Below, piece by piece: positions 1 to 8,179 of a stretch of 64,000 nucleotides of DNA (position 1 is its first letter; each line of letters opens with the position of its first letter). A program made the translations under genes and the position numbers. Under the pieces are notes generated by a model. That model made no database searches, was not told the origin of the DNA, and was given only the letters and a program-made list of their open reading frames with translations. This stretch comes from a virus. Location of the stretch: positions 19,838 to 83,837 of the IMG/VR virus record IMGVR_UViG_3300034418_012856. The stretch is one strand, 5' to 3'.

Positions 1-1
1 C

Positions 2-649
2 GACAGGGAATATTGGGCAAATAGAAAAGCTCAGGAAAGAGGTGTCGATGTTTCTGTTGTAAAGGAAGAATGGCAACAAAAGGCAAATGTTGCTAATGTT
101 TTAGGTACAGCGGTCCATAAATGGATAGAGGATTATTGGACTGGATTAAATCCGGAAACACCGGAAGACCCTGAAGTCAGAAGTAGGGTAGAAAAATTTT
201 TAGCATTGAAGGATGAAAGGTTCCGGGATCTTGTTCCCTTAGAATCTGAGCTTAAGGTTTTTTCTAAAAAGTGGAGATTAGCTGGAACCGTGGATCAACC
301 CTTTCTTATGTGGGACAAGAAAGAAAATAAGCTTTTGTTCCTCATCGGTGATTGGAAGACCAATAAGGAATTTAAGGACGATAAGCATCCAAAGGGTAGA
401 TTCAAAAAACTTTTGCATCCTTTCGCGGATCTTTATGAGAATTCTCATAATGAATATTCCATACAAATTAGCCTGTATAGGCTAATAATAGAGGAAGAAA
501 CTGGATTAGAAACCCATGGAGGTTTCCTTTGCCACATTGGACCTCAAGACAAACCTAAACTATATCCTGTAAAAGACTTACGAGAAAGACTTAAGATATA
601 TTTGCAACATAATCGGGAAGAATTCGATGTTTTCGATATCTCCGAGTGA
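2..649 (+). CDS. PD-(D/E)XK exonuclease (Cas4/YqaJ-like), 5'-truncated by window edge
   Basis: Frame is open from position 2 (DREYWANRKAQ...GTAVHKWIE) into the 206..649 ORF; motifs GTxxH, E..AGTVD, DWKT, QISLY. Confidence 0.8.
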   Translation, partial: DREYWANRKAQERGVDVSVVKEEWQQKANVANVLGTAVHKWIEDYWTGLNPETPEDPEVRSRVEKFLALKDERFRDLVPLESELKVFSKKWRLAGTVDQPFLMWDKKENKLLFLIGDWKTNKEFKDDKHPKGRFKKLLHPFADLYENSHNEYSIQISLYRLIIEEETGLETHGGFLCHIGPQDKPKLYPVKDLRERLKIYLQHNREEFDVFDISE

Positions 650-675
650 AACATTACTGTTTAAATAACTAAAAA
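648..675 (+). promoter_or_regulatory. Putative GAAAC-N17/18-TAWAAW promoter
   Basis: GAAAC 648-652, 17-nt spacer, TAAAAA; same layout recurs before several non-structural genes. Confidence 0.45.
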
Positions 676-690
676 ATAAAAAGAAATCAA

Positions 691-1212
691 ATGGCAAAGT
701 CAAAAAAACAAACACAGCCAAAAGTAGTAGAACTAGATGCTGACCAACTTGCAGATTCAGTAGGTGAAGAAGCTCTTTCCCGTTTAAATGAGGGAAGGAT
801 TAAAGCTGCTGAGGAAAACCTAGAAAATGCAAAAAAGAGAGTAGCTACCAAAGTTTATGCAGTCCAGTTTGAATCAATGTATCACATAGATAGATTTATC
901 AGTTTTATGGAAAATGAGGCAGAATGGAAAGAAAAGGAGTCTCTTGGCGTTATTGAAATTTGTAAGGTTTTGGATAATCTAAAATCTGATGGCATTAAGA
1001 ACAATATACTTTACCTACAAGCTTTGCCTTTAGAAGCAAGTCACTATTTTATATCTAAGCAAAGTGGTAAAGGACTTAAAGAAGCTAAGGAATTTATTTC
1101 CCTTTTGAAGCCTTTTGAACAAGGCCTGGAATCTGCAAAAGCTGATGCAAGAGAGATTCAGGATTTAGAAAAAGAACTCGCCGCAGCTCAACAGGGGCTT
1201 GAATTAGCCTAG
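691..1212 (+). CDS. Hypothetical protein (coiled-coil ends)
   Basis: 173-aa ORF with A-rich leader, followed by a terminator. Confidence 0.6.
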   Translation: MAKSKKQTQPKVVELDADQLADSVGEEALSRLNEGRIKAAEENLENAKKRVATKVYAVQFESMYHIDRFISFMENEAEWKEKESLGVIEICKVLDNLKSDGIKNNILYLQALPLEASHYFISKQSGKGLKEAKEFISLLKPFEQGLESAKADAREIQDLEKELAAAQQGLELA

Positions 1213-1237
1213 AGCACACTATACAAAACCATTATCT

Positions 1238-1271
1238 AAAATAGGCCTTGAGTGATCTAGGCCTATTTTTT
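1238..1271 (+). terminator. Intrinsic terminator
   Basis: AAAATAGGCCT-loop-AGGCCTATTTTTT inverted repeat after the 691..1212 stop. Confidence 0.8.
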
Positions 1272-1292
1272 AGTGTATATGGATTTAGGTTA

Positions 1293-1300
1293 GATATATA
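1293..1300 (+). promoter_or_regulatory. Putative late promoter GATATATA
   Basis: Octamer recurring upstream of structural genes; resembles the T4 late box TATAAATA. Confidence 0.7.
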
Positions 1301-1324
1301 GTAAAACTAAAATTGTAAATAATC

Positions 1325-1618
1325 ATGGTACAAAAGATTAAAGACAACTTCCAATTCATAGTATTAGGATTCCTAGTATTGGTTTTTTTCAGACAGTGCG
1401 GGGTAAACAGAGACATCGACCGTATTGAAAAGGAGCTCAAAGCATCCAACACAGAATTAAATACCAAACTTGACTCGATCAACACCCTTACAAAGGCTGA
1501 GATCAGACATGAGATGAATCAGGTAATGTTCCAGTTCCTTATTTATGAGGATGATTTTGATAAGAAGAGAATATCTCTTTCGGAGATAAAAAATAAGATA
1601 GAAGCAAGTGAAGAATAA
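1325..1618 (+). CDS. Small membrane-anchored coiled-coil protein (possible spanin-like lysis protein)
   Basis: N-terminal hydrophobic helix FIVLGFLVLVFF followed by Cys and a coiled coil; late promoter upstream. Confidence 0.4.
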   Translation: MVQKIKDNFQFIVLGFLVLVFFRQCGVNRDIDRIEKELKASNTELNTKLDSINTLTKAEIRHEMNQVMFQFLIYEDDFDKKRISLSEIKNKIEASEE

Positions 1619-2414
1619 ATCAAAACTGGTAAACGGATTTATCATAAGCACCTTCGTGTCTCTGTATTTGATGGTGTCTGTGATCTCCACTATCCACGTA
1701 ATTGAATTTTTCGAGCTTTCTAACCCTTCTTGGTTAGCAATTTCTCTTGCAGTAGCTTTTGAAGTTGGTGCAGCAGCATCCCTGGCTTCCCTAATTGCAA
1801 TGGAAAAAATGAATAAGTCACTCGTATGGTTTCTATTTATTTTATTAACTGCAATGCAAGCTATGGGTAATACTTATTATGCCTTTGTAAATCTTGGTGA
1901 CTATACCTCTTGGTCCGAGCTCTTCGGTATAATTGAGGAAGAGGAAATATTCCAAAAAAGAATATTATCTATAGTCTCTGGAGCAATCTTACCAATTGTA
2001 GCTTTAGGATTTATTAAGTCACTTGTTGACTACATTAAACCTGAAGATGATAAGATAGAAACCAAAGAGGATGCCGAAGAGGATTTAGAAGAAATCGATT
2101 CGTCAGAAAAAGATGAAGAGGAGGATTTAGAGAATCTCGAAGAATATCAGGACATAAGCGAGCCGCTTATTTACGACTCACATTGGAATGATATTAGTAT
2201 TCCTGATAAGGATCTTTCCGTGGATAATTTACCAGAACAGGTTGATGAAGGTGATTTAGTAGATGCTGGTCAAAGTGATTCTGAAACCTCAGAAGATGAA
2301 AAAAAACCAATATCAGAGGATAAAATTGAGATTGTAAACGTCAACTCAAATAAGAATAATCTTAGGAGAGTAGAAATGCCTACAGACCCTGATATAAATC
2401 CAACTAGGCTTTAA
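1608..2414 (+). CDS. Multi-pass membrane protein with acidic C-terminal tail
   Basis: About four hydrophobic segments in the first 140 aa, then an E/D-rich tail. Confidence 0.55.
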   Translation: MKNKSKLVNGFIISTFVSLYLMVSVISTIHVIEFFELSNPSWLAISLAVAFEVGAAASLASLIAMEKMNKSLVWFLFILLTAMQAMGNTYYAFVNLGDYTSWSELFGIIEEEEIFQKRILSIVSGAILPIVALGFIKSLVDYIKPEDDKIETKEDAEEDLEEIDSSEKDEEEDLENLEEYQDISEPLIYDSHWNDISIPDKDLSVDNLPEQVDEGDLVDAGQSDSETSEDEKKPISEDKIEIVNVNSNKNNLRRVEMPTDPDINPTRL

Positions 2415-2416
2415 TA

Positions 2417-3091
2417 ATGAGCGAAAACACTGGAGATAGCTTTGAAATAATTGGAGGAGGATCTAGCAACGGCGGAACTGGATCAGGTACTCCTTTTGGG
2501 TATGGTAACAGTAACCCGGCTTTAACTACTGGTCAATCTGGACCATGGAATACCGAATATACGTTAATAGCAAACGACCCAGGATCTTTAAGGAGAGTAA
2601 ATCTTACTTTTTCAAACTATAACGATCCACACGAGGTTAGGATATTTCAAACCTCTCTTAACGTCACATACCAGGCTGATATAGAGGAAAAATTAGATTT
2701 ATCTGAATACTTTCACCCACTCCAGTCTTTTTCAAGCTACCAAAAGCAAACCTTTGTAATTTCTCCGGACTCCTCGATTAATCTGGACCCAGGTGATTTT
2801 GACACAACTTTAGGTGAGGTTAGTTTACTTATGGCAAGAGCACATTATAATGCTGATGCTGTAGAAGAACAAAGACTACTGTATTGGCATTATAATTCTG
2901 GTTTAAGATACATTATGTCAGATATGATGATGCTTACTGGTCAGGTTAAACCTGATGCTTCCTGGAAAGGATGGCAAACCTTACCAGATTTAGATGTGCA
3001 AGTTGGTTACACCGGTGCAGCAACCGGGGGTTTTGTTTTTTCAAATCCAACTGAATATCCGGTTAAACTAACAATATTAACTGCAAGCTAA
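2417..3091 (+). CDS. Hypothetical protein (probably virion), paralog of 3091..3636
   Basis: Shares YW.Y, MM.LTG, GW and GG..FSNP..VKL motifs with the next ORF. Confidence 0.55.
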   Translation: MSENTGDSFEIIGGGSSNGGTGSGTPFGYGNSNPALTTGQSGPWNTEYTLIANDPGSLRRVNLTFSNYNDPHEVRIFQTSLNVTYQADIEEKLDLSEYFHPLQSFSSYQKQTFVISPDSSINLDPGDFDTTLGEVSLLMARAHYNADAVEEQRLLYWHYNSGLRYIMSDMMMLTGQVKPDASWKGWQTLPDLDVQVGYTGAATGGFVFSNPTEYPVKLTILTAS

Positions 3092-3636
3092 TGGCAACTA
3101 GACCTATTATATGTCCACCACAACCTATAGATGGATTTCTTTTTAGAAAGGATAAATTTGTATTGGAGGAGGATTACAACATCACAAACTTCTTTGATTT
3201 CAGTGATCTCCAGGATGAGGTTATTTCTTATTCGAGATTAAGAGTGACATTGAAAAGAAATAAGAGCGTGAAAATTAGCCAGACTGATATAGGTGATGAG
3301 AATGGGTTTGTTAAATGGGTAGCTGTTAAGGTTAAATACCCAGCACCTAAAAATCCTATACTCTACGGTTCACAAACACCAATCATACCTGGAGTACCTA
3401 CTCCTACTAATGGAACACCACAAGTTAAAAAATACATCTATTGGACATACAGGGGAAATACCTACAATGTTGGTGAGATGATGATTTTAACTGGTAGTAA
3501 ATTGGGATCAACTGATTCCGAAAAAACTGGATGGAATCTTAGCGAAGATTTCTTACCTTATGAAGATGGAGGTATAACCTTCAGCAACCCACACACCGAT
3601 ATTGACGTAAAGCTTGAAATTATAATAGCTAGATAA
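3091..3636 (+). CDS. Hypothetical protein (probably virion), paralog of 2417..3091
   Basis: TAATG stop/start overlap; shared C-terminal motifs. Confidence 0.55.
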   Translation: MATRPIICPPQPIDGFLFRKDKFVLEEDYNITNFFDFSDLQDEVISYSRLRVTLKRNKSVKISQTDIGDENGFVKWVAVKVKYPAPKNPILYGSQTPIIPGVPTPTNGTPQVKKYIYWTYRGNTYNVGEMMILTGSKLGSTDSEKTGWNLSEDFLPYEDGGITFSNPHTDIDVKLEIIIAR

Positions 3637-3699
3637 TTTTTTCTAAAATTTTGACTTTAGTTGGAATATATAATGGAAAAGTTTCAATATCGCAGGTGT

Positions 3700-3707
3700 G
3701 ATATATA
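3700..3707 (+). promoter_or_regulatory. Putative late promoter GATATATA (variant AATATATA at 3665)
   Basis: 23 nt upstream of ATG 3731. Confidence 0.7.
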
Positions 3708-3730
3708 GAAAGCAAAAAAACACAAGTAGA

Positions 3731-6466
3731 ATGGACTTACTTAATCAATTAAAAACTCTTAGGGAAACAACCACTAACCCTGAAGTTAAATCTATTTGCG
3801 AATCTCATATTAATAAAATACAAAACGGGGAGAACGTAAATGAATCCGCAGTCCTTGAATCTGTTGATCAGGTTGTGAAGGAAAGCGAAGGCGAAAGCGC
3901 TGTGAATCCTATGGAGATGATCAGACAACAAGAAATTGAAAGATCTAAATCTGCAGCTCAGAGATTAATGGAATCTTGGGGAGGCATTGGATCATCAACT
4001 TCAAGAAATTCCGGATCCTATGTAGATGCTGAAAAGAAAGAGATCGATAACGAAGTTAATAACATCTCCGAAAGCTTAAAAGAAGTTGCTGAGAAAGACC
4101 CAGCAGCAAAGGCTTTTGTTGACTCACAAACAGTAAATAACTTAGGAGTTTATGAGTCTATTCTTTCTCTTAAGGGCACTGGAATTTACGAGCACCCTAA
4201 CGTTAAGATCCTTTGTGAAAAATATACACACCTACTGAAAAGCAATAACGTCCCTGAATATCTAGTTGCTGAATCTTTTGTACAGGAACTTCAGAACTTT
4301 AACTGGGACAATAAGATTAAGTCTGCAGTAGAATCTATTAGTGAAAAAGTCCAATCACACCTACCTGAAATTGAGGTATCTAAAGCTCTTTACTCGATCG
4401 AGAAAAGCGCTGGTGCTGATTTCTACTCACCAGTAACTGAGTCTTTGAATAAGTGGTTAATTTCAGAGAACAAATCAGTTGCTCTACTTTCTAAGGAGCT
4501 ATCAAGGTGGTCTTTTAACCCAACGGTTAGAAATCTTGTTAATTCACTTTCTTTGATGGAGTCATCAGAAAGTAAATTAAGTATTCCAGTTAATAACGGA
4601 AATTCTTCAGTTAAGAAAGTTTACTCTCCGGTACATGTAAGTGGCGGTAAAACCGTGTTTACCATTGGTAATAATGTCTTTGAAGGAAACTCTGAAGGAA
4701 TTAAGAGGCTTAATAGAGCAGAATTTGAAGCTCTTCCAGCATCTTTTAGATCTTTATTAGAATCTTTCTATTCTCCTATGGTTAAGATTAACGAAAATGG
4801 TCTTAGCTTCTATGTTGGAAACAGCAGCTTTAAGCTTGTTGAAGAAAACGATTCAGTTTCTATCTACTCGAAAGAAACAAAGATCAACTTCAGTGACCTT
4901 AATCAACTTGCTAAGCAAGTAGCTTTGGAGATTTCTGGTAGCTTAGGAGTTAATGAAGCTAAAGCGGTTTCAGATCTTATTAATTTATATGAGAATTTCG
5001 AAAATATCGTTGAGTTGGATTTTGCTAAGAGATTGGAATCAAAGGTATTTGAAGGTGTATCTGTAAACCTTATTAAATGGAACTCAAACCTTTACCTTAA
5101 CAGGATAAACGAGGGAATGAATGAGAATTCTCTATTTAAGGTTAACGGATCACAAGCTACCAACATGGTTAAGGATTTGATGAAGTACGACATCTCTGAA
5201 GGATTAACAGAATTTTTGGATGGCGAGAACAGAATCAAGTCTATTATGCTTAACGATAGAAAGCAAATCATTGATAACATTTCTATTGTCGAGAATGAAA
5301 TCAATAAGATTTCACATGCAATGGCTACAAACCCTCTTTACGAAAACTCAAAAGAAATGCACAGAGCCAAGCACATGCTTGAGCAAGAGCTTTCTTCATT
5401 GAGGAAAAAATGGGCGGCTGTTAACGAGGAGATCGAAAAGATTGAGTCAACTGCAACAGAGGTAAACGACTTAAACGAGGACGAGAAATTTACTGTAGGC
5501 GACTACGTGAAAGTAAAAGAGTCTGGTAATACTGGTAAGGTAATTTCAGTCGATAGCACTTCTGGATCTTATACAGTTCTTATGGACAACGGAAGAACTG
5601 GTGATTTCAGAATGGACGAGATCGTTGATATCGAAGAGGCATTAAAATCTGCTGGTGAAGAAAACCAAGAAGCAGACGAGACTCAAGAAGAAATCAAGGA
5701 GCAAGAAATGGCAGTAGCTCCTGAAAAACAAACTGAATCTGCAAAAGATAAAACTCCTGCTGCTACACTTAAGGCTAATACTTCTGCAGCTCCTTCTGCT
5801 AAGGATCAAGAAGATGCTGGTAAAAAAGACATCGAAAAGGAAGATCATGCTAATTTAGAGGAAGCTCCAGAAGGTAGCGAGAAGGAAACCAAATATGACA
5901 TAAAGTTAAAAGATTCTTTGGTTGACAAAATGGGATACAACGTGAATGAAAATTCTGAAGACGTTGAGTCTACTGAATCTGAAATGGCTGAGGCTCCTGC
6001 TGACGGTAACACTGAGTTATCCGAAAGAGACGTTGAAAACACGGATCAAAACCTAGCAGAAGCACCAGGTGGAAGAGATCATGCAGATTACGATGTAAAA
6101 GCTGCTCATGCAGAGGAGAATAATCCTGACATGGTTAAAACAGACCCTGAAATGGCTTCAGCTCCTGGTGATGGCACAGATAAAGAAATGCATCACGAGG
6201 TTGGTAAAGAAATGGGATACAATCTTGATGAAGCCAACGACGTTGAAAAGACAGATCAACAACTTGCAGTAGCACCAGGTGGTGAGCACAAAGCAGAATA
6301 TGATGTTGAAGTTGCTAAAGCTGAAAAGGCAGTAGCGGATGTCATGAAGACAAACCAAGAATTGGCTGAAGCTCCTGCAGCAGGAACTGAAGCTGAAACT
6401 GATGTTGAGGTAAACCCAGAAATGGGATATAACATTGACGAAAGCGAAGAGTCAAAAAAAAACTAA
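3731..6466 (+). CDS. Large prohead core/internal head protein with SH3/KOW-like domain and acidic C-terminal repeats
   Basis: Many (I/L/V)-x-E sites typical of gp21 substrates; FTVGDYVKV..GKVISVD domain; repeated [LM]A[EVS]AP and MGYN[VLI][ND]E; start moved to ATG 3731 because GTG 3698 overlaps the promoter. Confidence 0.55.
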   Translation: MDLLNQLKTLRETTTNPEVKSICESHINKIQNGENVNESAVLESVDQVVKESEGESAVNPMEMIRQQEIERSKSAAQRLMESWGGIGSSTSRNSGSYVDAEKKEIDNEVNNISESLKEVAEKDPAAKAFVDSQTVNNLGVYESILSLKGTGIYEHPNVKILCEKYTHLLKSNNVPEYLVAESFVQELQNFNWDNKIKSAVESISEKVQSHLPEIEVSKALYSIEKSAGADFYSPVTESLNKWLISENKSVALLSKELSRWSFNPTVRNLVNSLSLMESSESKLSIPVNNGNSSVKKVYSPVHVSGGKTVFTIGNNVFEGNSEGIKRLNRAEFEALPASFRSLLESFYSPMVKINENGLSFYVGNSSFKLVEENDSVSIYSKETKINFSDLNQLAKQVALEISGSLGVNEAKAVSDLINLYENFENIVELDFAKRLESKVFEGVSVNLIKWNSNLYLNRINEGMNENSLFKVNGSQATNMVKDLMKYDISEGLTEFLDGENRIKSIMLNDRKQIIDNISIVENEINKISHAMATNPLYENSKEMHRAKHMLEQELSSLRKKWAAVNEEIEKIESTATEVNDLNEDEKFTVGDYVKVKESGNTGKVISVDSTSGSYTVLMDNGRTGDFRMDEIVDIEEALKSAGEENQEADETQEEIKEQEMAVAPEKQTESAKDKTPAATLKANTSAAPSAKDQEDAGKKDIEKEDHANLEEAPEGSEKETKYDIKLKDSLVDKMGYNVNENSEDVESTESEMAEAPADGNTELSERDVENTDQNLAEAPGGRDHADYDVKAAHAEENNPDMVKTDPEMASAPGDGTDKEMHHEVGKEMGYNLDEANDVEKTDQQLAVAPGGEHKAEYDVEVAKAEKAVADVMKTNQELAEAPAAGTEAETDVEVNPEMGYNIDESEESKKN

Positions 6467-6642
6467 GAAAAATACTTAGTAAAGTTTGGGCTTTTGCTCC
6501 AACGGGAAAGGATCAGTCTGAAACACCAGAGCCTTTCGTCGATGAGATAAAAGATAAAATGAGCGTCGCCCCAGATGGAAAAGAACCAACTGGAGACACG
6601 CTCATTTCTTCTGAAGATGGATCTGAAGAGGATAAGGTCTAG
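6454..6642 (+). other. Putative programmed -1 frameshift site and ~60-codon extension
   Basis: A-AAA-AAC immediately before TAA 6464-6466; the -1 frame is open to TAG 6640-6642 and encodes further AP-repeat motifs (AFAPTG, MSVAPDG). Confidence 0.6.
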
Positions 6643-6645
6643 GCC

Positions 6646-6675
6646 GAAACTAACCTCGAGGTTTAAACTAAAAAT
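6646..6675 (+). promoter_or_regulatory. Putative GAAAC-N18-TAAAAAT promoter upstream of late sigma gene
   Basis: Same bipartite motif as at 648, 18621, 33218, 37227 and 40136. Confidence 0.5.
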
Positions 6676-6696
6676 AATATAAGTATTAATAAGGTT

Positions 6697-7056
6697 ATGG
6701 CAAAGGCTTATGTAAAAAATAAAGACCTGTTGGCTGCTATTCTAGAGTCAAAGGAAAAAGGTGAGCTAACACCAGAGACCGTCGAGATGTTTGGTTTAAT
6801 GGTTCAAGGCATTTCAAAAAAGATGGCTTACCGTGACCCAGACGATAAAGCTGATTGTATGGCTTTTGCTATGGAAGACCTTTGTAAATATTGGAACAGG
6901 TTCAATCCAGAAAAGTCGAATAATCCATTTGCATATTATACACAAATTGCAAAAAATGGGTTTGCAAAGGGGTGGAAGAAAATACATCCACCAAAGGCAC
7001 CAAAAACGATTCCATTCTCTTACATAACAGGCGATGACAATACATATAATGTATAA
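6697..7056 (+). CDS. gp55: T4 gp55-like late-transcription sigma factor
   Basis: YVKNKDLL..., F.PEKSNNPFAYYTQIA.N.F match gp55-family motifs. Confidence 0.85.
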   Translation: MAKAYVKNKDLLAAILESKEKGELTPETVEMFGLMVQGISKKMAYRDPDDKADCMAFAMEDLCKYWNRFNPEKSNNPFAYYTQIAKNGFAKGWKKIHPPKAPKTIPFSYITGDDNTYNV

Positions 7057-7058
7057 TC

Positions 7059-7544
7059 ATGCCCGATATAAAGAAAATAAAACCCAATGGGGACTATAAG
7101 TCTGGCTTATACGTTCCACAAAACCCGGACAAGTACATTGGTGACGTCCATAACATAATCTGCAGATCTTCTTGGGAATTCAGGTTTTGTCGTTATTGCG
7201 ATACTAACGACAAAATACTTAAATGGAGTTCTGAACCAATCTCTATTCCTTATTACAATCCTTTGGATAAAAAAGAACACCAATATAATGTGGACTTTTA
7301 TATGCAAGTTCTAAAGGACGATGAGCAAACTCAGGACTGGATAATAGAGGTCAAGCCAGAGAAGCACTTCAAGAAACCTATCCTTGAAGGAAATTCAACA
7401 CTCAAGAAACTTAAGTCCTACAACCATAAAATGCAGATTTGGATTACCAACCAAGCCAAGTTCAAAGCAGCACAAAGATGGGCAGATGCTAGAGGATACA
7501 AATTTGGTGTGGTTGATGAGAATTTTTTATTTAAAAGCAAGTGA
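7059..7544 (+). CDS. gp4: Head completion nuclease (gp4, TnsA-like)
   Basis: P.NPDKYIGD..I.CRSSWE..F, WSSE...IPY, Y.VDF, IEVKP. Confidence 0.9.
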   Translation: MPDIKKIKPNGDYKSGLYVPQNPDKYIGDVHNIICRSSWEFRFCRYCDTNDKILKWSSEPISIPYYNPLDKKEHQYNVDFYMQVLKDDEQTQDWIIEVKPEKHFKKPILEGNSTLKKLKSYNHKMQIWITNQAKFKAAQRWADARGYKFGVVDENFLFKSK

Positions 7545-8146
7545 AACCTTTTGAAGAGCAAATTAAGGACCTAAGAAAGGAATCACAGTCGATTTCTAGC
7601 ATTTCTAAGGAATCGAATGATTTGTTTAAGAAAAAATATGGACCGAATGGTTCTGGGGGAAGACTAGAATTCAATGGAGATTTCATACCAGGTAAATTCT
7701 ATACCTGCGAATATAAAACGAAAACCAAGATTTCTGATAAAGTTCCCTTTATTGATAGGGAGCCCGTTTTCATCTTTTTGAAAAAAGAGAAGTTCCAATC
7801 TGGATCTATAGCGGTATCTGTAGATCTTGGTGTCATCCCTCCTGATTATAGGGGTAATATTATGGTTAAGTTGTGGAACCAGTATTATAATATATTTAAG
7901 GATAATGAGTCCTTACCATATACTTCCCAAATTCCCATACAAGGGATCAGTAGGGCATTTGATGCTTTATTAAACGGTACTGGGTGGAAAACTTCTCTTA
8001 CCGGATTTAAGCTCGATTTTATGAATAATATAAAGGTTGTGGACTATACTGATCTTGTCAGGATCCCATATCTTTCTGATTTTATGATAGAGGGACAATC
8101 CATTAATGGGATATATAGTGATTATAGATCGAAATTAAATCTCTAA
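7541..8146 (+). CDS. gp2: DNA end protector protein (gp2-like)
   Basis: PGKFY..Y..K, P..D..P.FI, L..IPP..R motifs; adjacent to gp4 as in T4-like phages. Confidence 0.6.
   Translation: MKPFEEQIKDLRKESQSISSISKESNDLFKKKYGPNGSGGRLEFNGDFIPGKFYTCEYKTKTKISDKVPFIDREPVFIFLKKEKFQSGSIAVSVDLGVIPPDYRGNIMVKLWNQYYNIFKDNESLPYTSQIPIQGISRAFDALLNGTGWKTSLTGFKLDFMNNIKVVDYTDLVRIPYLSDFMIEGQSINGIYSDYRSKLNL
8110..8117 (+). promoter_or_regulatory. Putative late promoter GATATATA
   Basis: 62 nt upstream of the first portal gene. Confidence 0.55.
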
Positions 8147-8179
8147 GATAAAGTACAAAAGACAGATCTTATTTTATAA

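Noticed and set aside
2-649. Cas4-like nuclease as evidence of CRISPR-Cas
   Set aside because: No Fe-S cysteines, other cas genes or array seen; solo PD-(D/E)XK nucleases are common in phages
3698-3730. GTG start of the 922-aa ORF
   Set aside because: Overlaps the GATATATA promoter; ATG 3731 with an A-rich leader is more plausible
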